Virus record (IMG/VR): IMGVR_UViG_3300029305_003246
Coordinates: 71,414 to 135,413 of that record
Origin: a virus
Taxonomy: Duplodnaviria; Caudoviricetes
DNA: 64,000 bases
Reading direction: 5' to 3' (one strand)
The notes beneath the pieces are model-generated. The model was given only the letters and a program-made list of their open reading frames with translations. It had not been told where the DNA came from and ran no database searches. Shown piece by piece: positions 1 to 10,900 of the stretch (position 1 is the first letter of the stretch; each line of letters opens with the position of its first letter). Position numbers and translations under genes: made by a program.

Positions 1-2
1 TA

Positions 3-734
3 TCCACTGTATTTGCGACTACCCAATGTCCGAGCGAAATAAAGGTCTTTGGAATATATCATCTTTCATTCTTCACCTTGAGTTTTGTTTTTACCTATTT
101 AATGATTAAGTATAAATGGCAGAACGACCTAATCGAAAAGATAGCGACGTTGGTTACTTTGGGACTCCATATTCTCTTGTATATATGGTATCATTTTAGC
201 CCAGAACACCTAATCCTAAAAGGATTACCGTTATACACTTGCAGGTTAGTCCTTTATTTGTATTTTATAGGTATTTTCTTTAAGAAGCAAGGATGTCTGA
301 AACTTGCATCTTATTGGGGATTTTATGGTGGTATAGCAGGATTAATATTCCCAACGATATTCAAATATCCATTTCCTCATATACTACAAATTTCAACTTT
401 CATACTACATGTCTATATATTCACCCTTTCAGGAAATTATTTATTCATTAAAAAGATAGGAATGACGAAAGCCGATACTATCAACTGTTGCAAGTGGACG
501 GTACTTCTATTAACTTTTAATACGATATTTAATATGATATTTGATACAAATTACACTTCTACATTTAAAATGCCAGCTCATTTAATAACGTTAGGTATAG
601 ATGTCCCAGCAGCATTTTGTTATCTCGCAGTTACAAGTGGTTATATATTCATCACTTTTGTCCAATACTTCTATGTGAGTTATTATGAAAAAATCACTTC
701 TGAAAGCGAGGCTATAAATTATGATTCCAACTAG
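3..734 (+). CDS. YwaF/TMEM164-family integral membrane protein (5'-truncated by window edge)
   Basis: Frame is open from nt 3 (…IKVFGIYHLSFF…); about 6 hydrophobic segments; LPLYTCR resembles the LPLHLC motif of YwaF-family proteins. Confidence 0.65.
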   Translation, partial: STVFATTQCPSEIKVFGIYHLSFFTLSFVFTYLMIKYKWQNDLIEKIATLVTLGLHILLYIWYHFSPEHLILKGLPLYTCRLVLYLYFIGIFFKKQGCLKLASYWGFYGGIAGLIFPTIFKYPFPHILQISTFILHVYIFTLSGNYLFIKKIGMTKADTINCCKWTVLLLTFNTIFNMIFDTNYTSTFKMPAHLITLGIDVPAAFCYLAVTSGYIFITFVQYFYVSYYEKITSESEAINYDSN

Positions 735-897
735 TATTTTAATATCTTTAATAATCCTAATAATTATTTACTTTATAGGATTAGGATTAGATTTATACTT
801 ATTATACTCTTATGCAAAAGATAAAAATTTCAAAGGTTTTTTCGGAGCTTTAATAGTTCTAATAGTATATATTTGTTTTGCATTAGGTTTATTATAG
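721..897 (+). CDS. small two-TM membrane protein (58 aa, not in ORF track)
   Basis: GAGG RBS then ATG 721; MIPTSILISLIILIIIYFIGLGLDLYLLYSYAKDKNFKGFFGALIVLIVYICFALGLL*; followed by a terminator. Confidence 0.6.
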   Translation: MIPTSILISLIILIIIYFIGLGLDLYLLYSYAKDKNFKGFFGALIVLIVYICFALGLL

Positions 898-920
898 AAG
901 GGTTCACACCCTTCTTTTTT
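897..920 (+). terminator. intrinsic terminator with embedded phage promoter -35
   Basis: GAAGGGT-TCAC-ACCCTTC followed by a T-run. Confidence 0.75.
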
Positions 921-926
921 ACCGTT
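902..926 (+). promoter_or_regulatory. putative phage promoter GTTCA-N16-CGTT
   Basis: Matches a motif repeated about 10 times in intergenic regions upstream of RBSs. Confidence 0.7.
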
Positions 927-959
927 CAAAATATCAATAAAATATAAGGAGGTAGTAAT

Positions 960-1157
960 ATGACAGGAAGATGCAGTTGTTGTGGTAAACCAGATAGCAA
1001 GTTTGGTTATATAGGTACAAATGTTAGAAGATTTTATTGTAGCGAGGCATGTAGGGAGCAGTTATTACATGAATATTACGAGAATAAACGCAAAGCCGAT
1101 GAAGCATATTATAGTAATATTCCACAATATGATGACGATGATGGGTGGGGTTATTAA
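960..1157 (+). CDS. small TRASH/YHS-like zinc-finger protein
   Basis: AAGGAGG RBS; CSCCGK…FYCSEAC; acidic tail. Confidence 0.6.
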   Translation: MTGRCSCCGKPDSKFGYIGTNVRRFYCSEACREQLLHEYYENKRKADEAYYSNIPQYDDDDGWGY

Positions 1158-1699
1158 TGAAGGATTTTATTCCCTTCCATACTATTAAGAAACTTTATGA
1201 AAAATCGTATAAAGAATTATACAAACTCTTTGATAAAGCTAGAATCCAACGTTCTTCTAAGTGCAAGGCAAGTTATGCAGGTATTACAAAAACGGGCGAC
1301 ATTCTCTTCAGAGTTACTTCCCAATATACTAAGGGTAAATTATATACCGTAACAGTTAGACTCCTTGATTTGGAAGATGCTAAAAAATTAATTATAGATG
1401 ATAAGCCACTTAACACGACTCAAATTCTCCAATTGGCCTTGAGTGGTGATATAGAAATCCATTGCACTTGCCCAGACTTCAAGTATAGATTTTCATATCT
1501 AGCTTTTAATAATAAGTATGGATTTTTTAAGGAGACTAGATTTCCGAAAAAGCGAAACCCAGAGTTAAAAGGATGTGCATGTAAGCATTGCTATTCAGCC
1601 TTGAAAGCTATGCCGATGTATTTTAAGAATATCCAGTCTGACCTTATGAAAAAGAAGATATTAATGAACCCTAAAACTAAAATTAAGCCTTTGAAGTAG
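1157..1699 (+). CDS. SWIM-type zinc-finger protein
   Basis: HCTCPDF…CACKH motif; TAATG stop/start coupling puts the start at 1157. Confidence 0.65.
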   Translation: MKDFIPFHTIKKLYEKSYKELYKLFDKARIQRSSKCKASYAGITKTGDILFRVTSQYTKGKLYTVTVRLLDLEDAKKLIIDDKPLNTTQILQLALSGDIEIHCTCPDFKYRFSYLAFNNKYGFFKETRFPKKRNPELKGCACKHCYSALKAMPMYFKNIQSDLMKKKILMNPKTKIKPLK

Positions 1700-1719
1700 G
1701 ATATTAATCCTACTTTTTT
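1694..1719 (+). terminator. intrinsic terminator
   Basis: AAGTAGGAT-attaa-TCCTACTT followed by T-run. Confidence 0.7.
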
Positions 1720-1790
1720 ATTTTGAAACTCTTATATTATAGGTGACTTACACTCGAGTTATTCTATGTAGAAAGGGGTGATAGTTAGCC

Positions 1791-2516
1791 TTGAGTAATT
1801 TCGGAAAAGGAATTCCCTTATCTATAGGATTTGACCTTGGTGCTAAAATTCCTATAGATTCAAGAACTGTTGTTGATTCTATTATAGATAGAGATTTGCT
1901 TGTTACTAGAAATCTAGCATACGAAGGTCTTACAGTATACGTTAAGGATATCAAGAAAGAGTTTCGTTACGATGGCACGAATTGGATAGCACTTGACGAT
2001 TACTACTCTAAAAGCGAGATAGATAACAAGTTAAATGATGCAGTTATTGGTAATGTCAATTTAACAAACTATTACACACGAGGTGAAGTCGATTCTAAAT
2101 TAGCCGATATTGACGATTGTTTTTATGTAGGTGATGACGAGCCTATAGACGATAAGATTTGGTTCTCCAGCTCTACTCCATCTTCAAGTCCACCTACTTA
2201 TGATGACCCGATAATATCCGAACTTTTTTCATGCATTCAGTCTTTACAAAATCAAATTAAGTCTTTACAAGCCGAAGTCGAATATCTGAAGATTCATGGT
2301 GGTGGAGGTTCTACTCCAGACAAGCCAGATATTGGTGACGATGTGAGCTATTATGCTTTATTACTTGAGGATGGAAGTCCACTTATGCTTGAAGACGGTG
2401 GATTACTATTACTTGAAAATGATTCTTCAAATATTGTCATCGAGGATGCTCTACTTCTAGAAAATAATGAACTTTTATTAATCGATGATAATACTTATCT
2501 TAAAATAGAAAAATAA
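1791..2516 (+). CDS. virion appendage/fibre anchor protein (paralog of 17776..18924 N-terminus)
   Basis: N-terminus FGKGIPL..GFDLGAK.P.DSR…AYEG shared with ORF 17776; YYT/SKxEID repeats; coiled coil; C-terminal LLLEDG repeats. Confidence 0.65.
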   Translation: MSNFGKGIPLSIGFDLGAKIPIDSRTVVDSIIDRDLLVTRNLAYEGLTVYVKDIKKEFRYDGTNWIALDDYYSKSEIDNKLNDAVIGNVNLTNYYTRGEVDSKLADIDDCFYVGDDEPIDDKIWFSSSTPSSSPPTYDDPIISELFSCIQSLQNQIKSLQAEVEYLKIHGGGGSTPDKPDIGDDVSYYALLLEDGSPLMLEDGGLLLLENDSSNIVIEDALLLENNELLLIDDNTYLKIEK

Positions 2517-2527
2517 GGAGGTACAAA

Positions 2528-4903
2528 ATGGCAGATATAACAGGAAAACGTATTGACCAATTAACTCAAACAACTATCTTATCTGAAGATGGATTAATAC
2601 CAGTTATGATAGATGGTCAAACGAAAGCAGTTAAGGTTAAAAACTTAAAAGGAGCCGATAATTTAACTGAAGGGCATATCGACCTTATAGGTGATGACGG
2701 AAAAGAATATAGATTGAAAGTTGTTAATGGGCAACTTGTTGCATTCCCAATAGAAGCTTTTACTTCCGAAGATGCTCAAGTTGAATCTTTGAATCCAACT
2801 TCTTTTACGGGCTTAATAATCAACCAAATGTATGGTGGAGGTGACGCTATAGAGGGGACTCCAGTATCTCATGGTTTTATTGAGCTATATAACTTCACGA
2901 AAAAAGATATTAACCTAAAAGGAATATATCTATGGTATAGAGCATTATCAGGGTCTTGGCAATCTTTAGCTTTAGAAGGAATAATACCTTCTAGACATTC
3001 TTTCCTAATAAGATGCTCACAACATTCTGAACTTTATGCAAATACAGTTCGTTGCAATATAGTTAATTACGATATGAGTTGGGATATAAAATTATCTGAT
3101 AAAGGATTTAGTTGTTATTTAAGTATAGGAAATGAAACTCCTATAGATAACCCAGTAAGAAATACTAAGGACGCCGAAGGAAAAATAACTTCTGTAAATG
3201 GAGCTTATATAGACCTACTTGGTGCAGGTGGTTCTGAAGGTGAAGGAATTTGGGCATACGAAACTAGATTCTTAAAATGTATGAATAAAAATACAGGAGT
3301 TAGAAGAATTGACTTTAACAATAGCGATACTGACCAAGTAACAGCTATGGGATTAGGTTCTAATGGTTCTACAAAAGGATTTAACGATATTGACTGTGAA
3401 CCTATAAATTTCAAAACTTGTAATATTGAATTCTATAGACCTAGATGTCTTAAAGACGGAAGATGGACTGAATATATAGATAAACCTAAACAAAAGGAAA
3501 CTATTCCTTCTATGATTAACGTTATGTATGGGGAAGATGGAGAACATACTAGAACTTTTACTTTCCAAACACCTCTTACTGATAATGGTTTCGTTAAAAT
3601 AAGAAAAGATGGCGAAAACAAGTGGGAAAGTTTTGAAACAAGTATCGAATTATTTAGTAATGTTGACGGCGACGTATCTGTTCATAGATGTATTATCCAC
3701 GATTTAGAAGTTGGATTCTATGAATATCAAGTAGGTTGCGAAGGTTGTACTTCCGATACTTATACTTTCGAAATAAAAGAATTTAATGAAGAAAATTCTA
3801 TGAGAATACTTTGGACTACAGACCAACAAGCTTGGTCAAAACGTGAGTATGATGTATGGCAAATGTGTGCAAGATTCCTAAATAATAAGCAACAAAATCT
3901 TGAGGTTCCATTCGATTTCCATCTAAACACTGGGGATATATCTCAAAATGCAAATAGACGTTTCGAATGGTCTTACTACTACGATTATGCAAAAGATATA
4001 ACAAGAAATATACCTCATGTAATTACTTGTGGTAATAATGACTTAATAGATAAAAAATTCTCCGATGCATTTAACTACTATATAACAGCTGAAAATCAAT
4101 TTGCGAATTCTGTATATGCTTTCGATTTAGGATTTGTGCATTTCGTATCATTAAACTCAAATACTGACTCTACTTATGTAGACGGAGTAGGTACTGTAGG
4201 TGGATATGCAAATACTGATGCATTCTTAGAGGCTCAAGCACAATGGTTAGACCAACATTTAACTGAAGTTGAGGCTAGGGAAGTGAAGCCAAGATGGGTT
4301 ATAGTATTCGCTCATCTAGGACCTTTTACAGTTGGTAGAACTAAACGTTTACAAAGATGGATTGCACCGTTAGAAAAACATAAAGTAGATATGTTTTTAT
4401 GTGGCCATAACCATGCTTGGTCAGTATCTAAACCTTTATACACTGGATTCGATTGGAATGGCTCAAATGCTTACAACGATTATGTAACTACTGTATCAGG
4501 AAGTACTGATTTAAAAATAGTTAACGAATTCCAAGGCGATGGTGTAACTGAAATAAATAGAGCTGAGGATAAAGCAAATGGAACTTACTACGTTCTAAAC
4601 CAAGCTACAGGATTCAAGTTATCAGGTAAAGAAAAACCTTTAACTTTAACAGGAAAAGTTGATGAAAAACATATAAATGTTGATGGTTCTCCATGGTGGA
4701 TATCTGCTCAAGGTTTACCTTCAAATCCAGTGTATATAGATTTACAAATATCTTATGATGAAATAGTTTGTAACTCTTATGAAATAAAAGGTATAAAAGG
4801 AGCAGACGAGTTTAAGAATGCGACTCTCAATACTGATTTATCTAAAGTATCTGATGAGTTATTCCATACTTTAACTATAAACTACAGCGATAGAAATAAG
4901 TAG
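2528..4903 (+). CDS. lamin-tail domain + FN3 + purple-acid-phosphatase-like metallophosphoesterase, probably virion-associated
   Basis: LIINQMYGGG…FIELYN (LTD); calcineurin-like motifs TDQQ, TGDI, GNND, H, GHNH; N-terminal KRIDQL fibre motif; no signal peptide. Confidence 0.75.
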   Translation: MADITGKRIDQLTQTTILSEDGLIPVMIDGQTKAVKVKNLKGADNLTEGHIDLIGDDGKEYRLKVVNGQLVAFPIEAFTSEDAQVESLNPTSFTGLIINQMYGGGDAIEGTPVSHGFIELYNFTKKDINLKGIYLWYRALSGSWQSLALEGIIPSRHSFLIRCSQHSELYANTVRCNIVNYDMSWDIKLSDKGFSCYLSIGNETPIDNPVRNTKDAEGKITSVNGAYIDLLGAGGSEGEGIWAYETRFLKCMNKNTGVRRIDFNNSDTDQVTAMGLGSNGSTKGFNDIDCEPINFKTCNIEFYRPRCLKDGRWTEYIDKPKQKETIPSMINVMYGEDGEHTRTFTFQTPLTDNGFVKIRKDGENKWESFETSIELFSNVDGDVSVHRCIIHDLEVGFYEYQVGCEGCTSDTYTFEIKEFNEENSMRILWTTDQQAWSKREYDVWQMCARFLNNKQQNLEVPFDFHLNTGDISQNANRRFEWSYYYDYAKDITRNIPHVITCGNNDLIDKKFSDAFNYYITAENQFANSVYAFDLGFVHFVSLNSNTDSTYVDGVGTVGGYANTDAFLEAQAQWLDQHLTEVEAREVKPRWVIVFAHLGPFTVGRTKRLQRWIAPLEKHKVDMFLCGHNHAWSVSKPLYTGFDWNGSNAYNDYVTTVSGSTDLKIVNEFQGDGVTEINRAEDKANGTYYVLNQATGFKLSGKEKPLTLTGKVDEKHINVDGSPWWISAQGLPSNPVYIDLQISYDEIVCNSYEIKGIKGADEFKNATLNTDLSKVSDELFHTLTINYSDRNK

Positions 4904-4915
4904 GAGGTGATATTT

Positions 4916-7900
4916 GTGGGTGTTATTAGAAAGCGAAATCCAGAGACAGGCGAGTGGGAAGTTTATGGGTCATCTGATGCTAAAGATATTAATTTAGTCG
5001 ATGTTGGCGATAACTTCAAAACTAAAAATGTCGAAGGTGCATTAAGAGAAATATCCACACAAATTAGCGAGGCCAAAGCCAGTTTAGAGGCCTATAATAA
5101 TATATTAACCGAACATTCTACTGATATACAATGGTTGAAGTTATATGGAGGAAGTGGTGGGGGTTCATCTCCCACTATCACTTCTACTTTCAAAGATTGT
5201 ATAGTTAGTAGGGAAGAAGATGTTAAAATACCGATATTTTTTAGTTCTCCCAACCTTGGTGAAGGGACTGCTTATGTATTAATAGACAATGTCGAAGTAA
5301 TGTCCGTAACAGGAATAAAGCAAGGAAATAATACTATTAATATAGGTAAATTAACGAACTTAAATAATGAAATATCCATCTATGTTAAGGATAGAACTAA
5401 TGCATTATCAAACCAATTAACTTGGAATGTTATTGCAGGAGGTATCGACCTGGAAGTTACTTTCGACGATACATCCGATTATTTTATTACTGATATAATA
5501 GCTATGCAATTTAATATATCTAGTGCAAGTGACGAACCTATACTAATGCACTTAACAGTGGATTATGATACTTATGAAGTAGTATGCAACCAAGGATTTA
5601 ATGAGTATATATTCGAAAATCTTGGAGTGGGTATTCATAAAATATCCTTCTATTTCACGAGTGGACCTTACTCAACTTCGGTCACAAACTATAATATCAT
5701 AGTTGTAAGTTCTAATTCCTTATATATCTCATCTACGTTCATAAACGGAACAGCTTTCAAATATGGTATACCAGTTCCAGTACAGTATCGTATATCTAAA
5801 AACTCATCTGAAGTTTTTACTGTTAATATGTTTATTGATGGAACTTTATCTAAAACAGTCGAGTGTACTCCAGGAACTTACTATTGGACAATAAACAATT
5901 TAGAAGTCGGTACTCACGATTTAACGATTGAAGTTAGTGGTGCGAATGACGAAACTCAAGTATTAGATTTTTCAGTAGTCATTGAAGTATCTGATTATAT
6001 TCCTCTAAAAGTTGAAACAGGAGGACTACTTTATAGATTATCTGCTAAAGGAAGAACGAACCAAGATAGTGATAGAGAATTACCTATAGATAATAGTGGA
6101 AATAATGTTATAACTACTTTACACAATTTTAACTTCTATACTAACGGATGGATTGATGACGAATTAGTTTGCGATGGAAATGCTTATGTAGAAATTGATT
6201 TAAAACCTTGGGAAAATAATGCCTTATACGGTTCTACAATAGAAGTACAATTTACAGGCCTTGATATAGGACTTAGTGATGCAAGAATATTTGACTATAC
6301 TGATGTTGATGACCCATACAAAGGTATCTTTATAGACCTTGAAAATTCTAAGATGAAATCTTTAGCTAATACAGGTGAAATTACTTTAGATAAAGACGAA
6401 GAAACGACTCTGACTTTCGTTATAGATAGAGCTAATAAATTTGGTAAAATCTATATAGACGGTATTTGTTCAAGAGCTTTCAGCTTATCTGATACGGGTT
6501 CAGGAACTAATGCAGTTAGGGAAGATTTTACTCATTCTCAAAAGATATACTTAAATAGTAAAAAAGGATTAAGCAATTTTGGTGCTTGTAAAATAAAAGA
6601 TGTAAGAGTATATAATAGAGTATTATCTGATGATGAAATAGTTAAAAACTATATATCTCAAGTTTCGGATTTAGCTAAACAAGAAGAATTATACAACTTT
6701 AACTTCCATAATACTTCCTTACCTACGATAAGAATGTATGGAGATATGACGAATATGACTCTAGAAACTCCAGTATCTATGAGGATAAAATATACTTCCC
6801 CTAACGAAGATAAATATGGTATGTCATTTGACCTTCCATTCTGTCAAGTCAATTGGCAAGGTACATCTTCATTACAATATGTATTAAAGAACTTTACAGC
6901 TAGACTAAAAGACGAAAGTCTTAACACATTCGAATACACTCCATATCCTAATGGTATACTAGAAGATGTTTATTGTTTCAAATGCGACTATATGGAATCT
7001 ACTCACTCAAGAAACGTTGGTATAGCTAAGTTCGTAAACGATTGTGTTTACGATACGAAGAATCCAATGCAAGTAAAAGACCCTAATATAAGAAATGCAG
7101 TAAACGGTTTCCCTTGTATACTATACATTAATGACGAATTACAGGGTATATACAACTTCAACTTAGACCGTTATTCAACGAAGTCTTTCGGTTATGTTGA
7201 CGAAAACTCGACTTTAGTTTACGAAGTTTCGGCCAACTCCGATACTACAGCAGGTGCATTTTTCTCTTGGTCTGAGGGAAGTGGGAAAACTGAATTAGAT
7301 TATTACAAGTCCGACTTCGAGTGCTTATATCCCCCTACACGAGCAGCAGGAAACGATAATATGTCCGAACTTATAAGATTAATCCAATGGGTTGATAATA
7401 GTTCTGACGAAGATTTTAAAGATAATTTTGGTAACTATTTTAATTTAGAATATGTATTAAGATACTATTTAACAGTTCTAGTATTTGGACTAGTCGATTC
7501 ATTAGGTAAGAATATGAAATTAACAAGTTTCGATAGAGGACTAACTTGGATGCCACAAGTATACGACGCCGATACATCTATAGGTCTAGATAATACAGGT
7601 TTCCTAAAGTTCGACGCCGATATCGAAATGGGCGACCAAAATGTGTTCAATACTACGGGTTCAAGATTATGGCAAAGAGTTGTTTTTCTATTCCAAGCAG
7701 AATTACAAGAGCAATATGCTTTAATGAGACAAGATAGATTTACTGTAGATAATATAATGAAGTATCTATATGGAGAACAAATATCTCAAATACCAGCTAC
7801 TTATTATAATAAAGATATGCAATCTAAATATTTGAACTTTGGTTCTTCTTATCTTTATGCATTACATGGTAGTGGCGAAAAGCACATAAGAAAATGGATA

Positions 7901-10900
7901 CGTGAAAGAATAATGTATTGTGATACCCTTTTAAAATACCAAGTTTCATCATCTGACTACATTACTCTACGTTCAAGCAAATTAGGATATGTTTATTTAG
8001 ATATCCAAACTTACATTCCGATGTATGTCTCAGTGAAGTGGAGGGACGAGGTAAATAATACAGGTCTACAAACGAAGAGAGTTGGTAGAGGCGAAACTGT
8101 AAGGTTCGAATATAATATGCCTACAGCGACTGACCAAGAGATAATCGTATATGCAGGATACTACTTGAAATCTTTAGGCGATGTATCTAACTTACAACCG
8201 ACTTCGATGCTTATAGCTAATGCAAGCCGACTTACTGAAATCGAATGTCATTCTCCTAATCTAATAAATACTGACTTATCCGAGTGTACAAAGCTACAAA
8301 GTATAGACTTAAGTGATTGTACAGCTTTAGGTACAGGAATAGGAGCTCAGCCTATACTTAACATCCAAAACTGTAAATACCTTAGAAAATGCGATTGTAG
8401 AAATACTCAATTAACAGCTATTTATACTATGCAAGCAGGTGGTAACTTAGAAGAAATATACTATCCAAGTACTATACAGGTTATACAATTAACTAACCAA
8501 AAGCACTTAAGAATTGCAGGTGTGCCACGTGACGCACACGCACCTAAGGCACTCGCACAGGTAGAAATAACTAACTGTAATAATATAGAGTATCTACAAT
8601 ATCCTTATACTGAAGGTGAAGAAATAGTATTCGAGTCCTTTAAGTACCTACAAACATTATTAATCGAAAACTCTTTAGATAAATTAAAAACTATGTCATT
8701 TAAAGGATTTAGCAAATTAAAATCTGTTGAGTTAAGTTCTTTATTAAGTCTTGAAGAACTAGACTTCGAAGATATGTTACCTTCTACTGACGAACCTACT
8801 CTTCAAAATATCTTGATATCTAACTGTCCACGAGTAAAAGATTTATCATTTAAAGTAAGTTCCGACGATTATAAGATAGCCTTTTTACCTAATGGCCGAG
8901 TTGATATAGGTGGAATGTATTCGTTAGAAAAAATAGAATGTAATACTGATATAATAGGACTAGATACGTTAATTATTCCTACAAGTTTAAAAGAACTAAG
9001 ATTTACTGATAAGTTTGGTACAGGTAAAAATGATATTAAGTCGATTTGGTCATCTAGTGCCAATCATACTTCCGATGGTTTCGTTGGTATGGACTTATTA
9101 GATATAAACCTAACTTATTTAGATATGTCTAACTCTACTATAGAACGAGGTATAAACTTCCATATATCTCCTATTGACCAACATCCGAATTTAAACACTA
9201 ACAGGGACGGAATAAAAGTACCATATTTCATTCCAGAAGGTAGTATGGATTTAACTAACTACGAAGGTGACGTTGAATACTTATATAAAGGACTTGATTT
9301 TAGCAAGTTAAAAATAACTACACCACCGAATGTTAATACTTTTATACATTCTATTACAGGATTATTTGAAGGAGCTAAATTCTCTAAAAGTATTATTGAC
9401 GTTAATAAAGAGTTAGCAAAATATCCGAATGTATCTAATTGGAGCAACTTGTTTAAGAACTCAGTATCTGATTTAGAGCCATCTGACGTTAATATTCCTA
9501 TCGATAGACCTATGGTTTTAACAAGTATGTTTGAGAATACTTCGGTTACACAAGATATTGAAATTCCTTCTAATGTAATAAATGTAGATAGTATGTTTAA
9601 GAATTGTAAGTCTATGAAAAAGTACAAGGACAACTGGGATAAAACATTCGATTCTAAAATATCTCATATTGATACTTATAAAGATACAGGCAATGATAAA
9701 ATAGTTCCATTATCTTGGGGTGGCCAAGGATATGTTACTAAATATATAAGTGAAATAGCCATCGAAATACCTTATAATAACTACGAATTTACTTTAACTG
9801 ATTACCCAGAGTTCCATATAGTTGGGGATAGAATAATTAGTTGGGGTGACGGTACTGAAGAAATTCTTACTGATAGTTATACTCATACTTATAGCAAAAG
9901 AGGAAAATATATAATCTCAGGTAACTTCTTACTAGGTAACAATTATGAACCTTCTGCATCTATGAAAGAATGCTTAACAGAGGTTCGTTCATTAGCTAAA
10001 GTTAATCCAAATCTATCGTATGCATTCATGGGTTGCTCAGCCTTAAAATATCTAGATTGTGATACTTCCCACGTGACTTCTTTAGCTTATGCATTTTATC
10101 AATGCTCTACTCTAACAGAGTTAGATTTAAGTATGTGGAAAGTTGATAATGTTACTAGCTTATATTATACATTCCATTCATGTTCAGCTCTAGAAAAACT
10201 TGATTTAACAGGATGGAATATTAAAAATGTTAATACTATGCGAAATACATTCTATGGATGTGTATCATTAACATCTTTAGATATAGGTCACTGGGATGTG
10301 AGCAAAGTTAAGAGTATGTATTATACGTTCTACAATTGTAAGTCCTTAAAGAGACTTGATTTAAGTAAGTGGGATACTAGACTTGTTGAAGATATTAGAG
10401 CATGTTTCCAAAACTGTGAGTCTTTAGTTGAATTGAATGTATCTGACTGGAAGTTGGATAATATTACAAGTCTATTCTATACATTCGCAGGATGTTCATC
10501 TCTTACATCTCTTGATTTATCTACTTGGGATATAACTAATGTCGAAACTTTACAAGGATTATTCTATAACTGTATCTCATTAAGAAATATTCCAATAGAA
10601 GATTGGAATTTAGTTAATGTTAAGAGCTTGTATTATACATTCTATAGATGCCTTGGCTTAACCGAGTTAGATTTATCAAGATGGGTGGTTGACAATGTTA
10701 ATAGTTTACGTTCAACATTCTATGGTTGTAGTAATTTAGTTACTTTAAATATAGGAAATTGGAATACAGGAAATGTGACGACACTTCGTTCTACTTTCCA
10801 AAACTGTAATGCTTTGGAAAATTTAGATGTTTCCGAGTGGAACGTAAGTCAAGTTGAAGATTTACTTTATACGTTCTATAATTGCGAATCTTTAACTGAA

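Noticed and set aside
2220-2270. GAA CTT TTT TCA (ELFS) in ORF 1791 resembles the RBP slip site
   Set aside because: I could find no downstream stem or pseudoknot at the 6-nt spacing, and the -1 stop is not at the conserved position.
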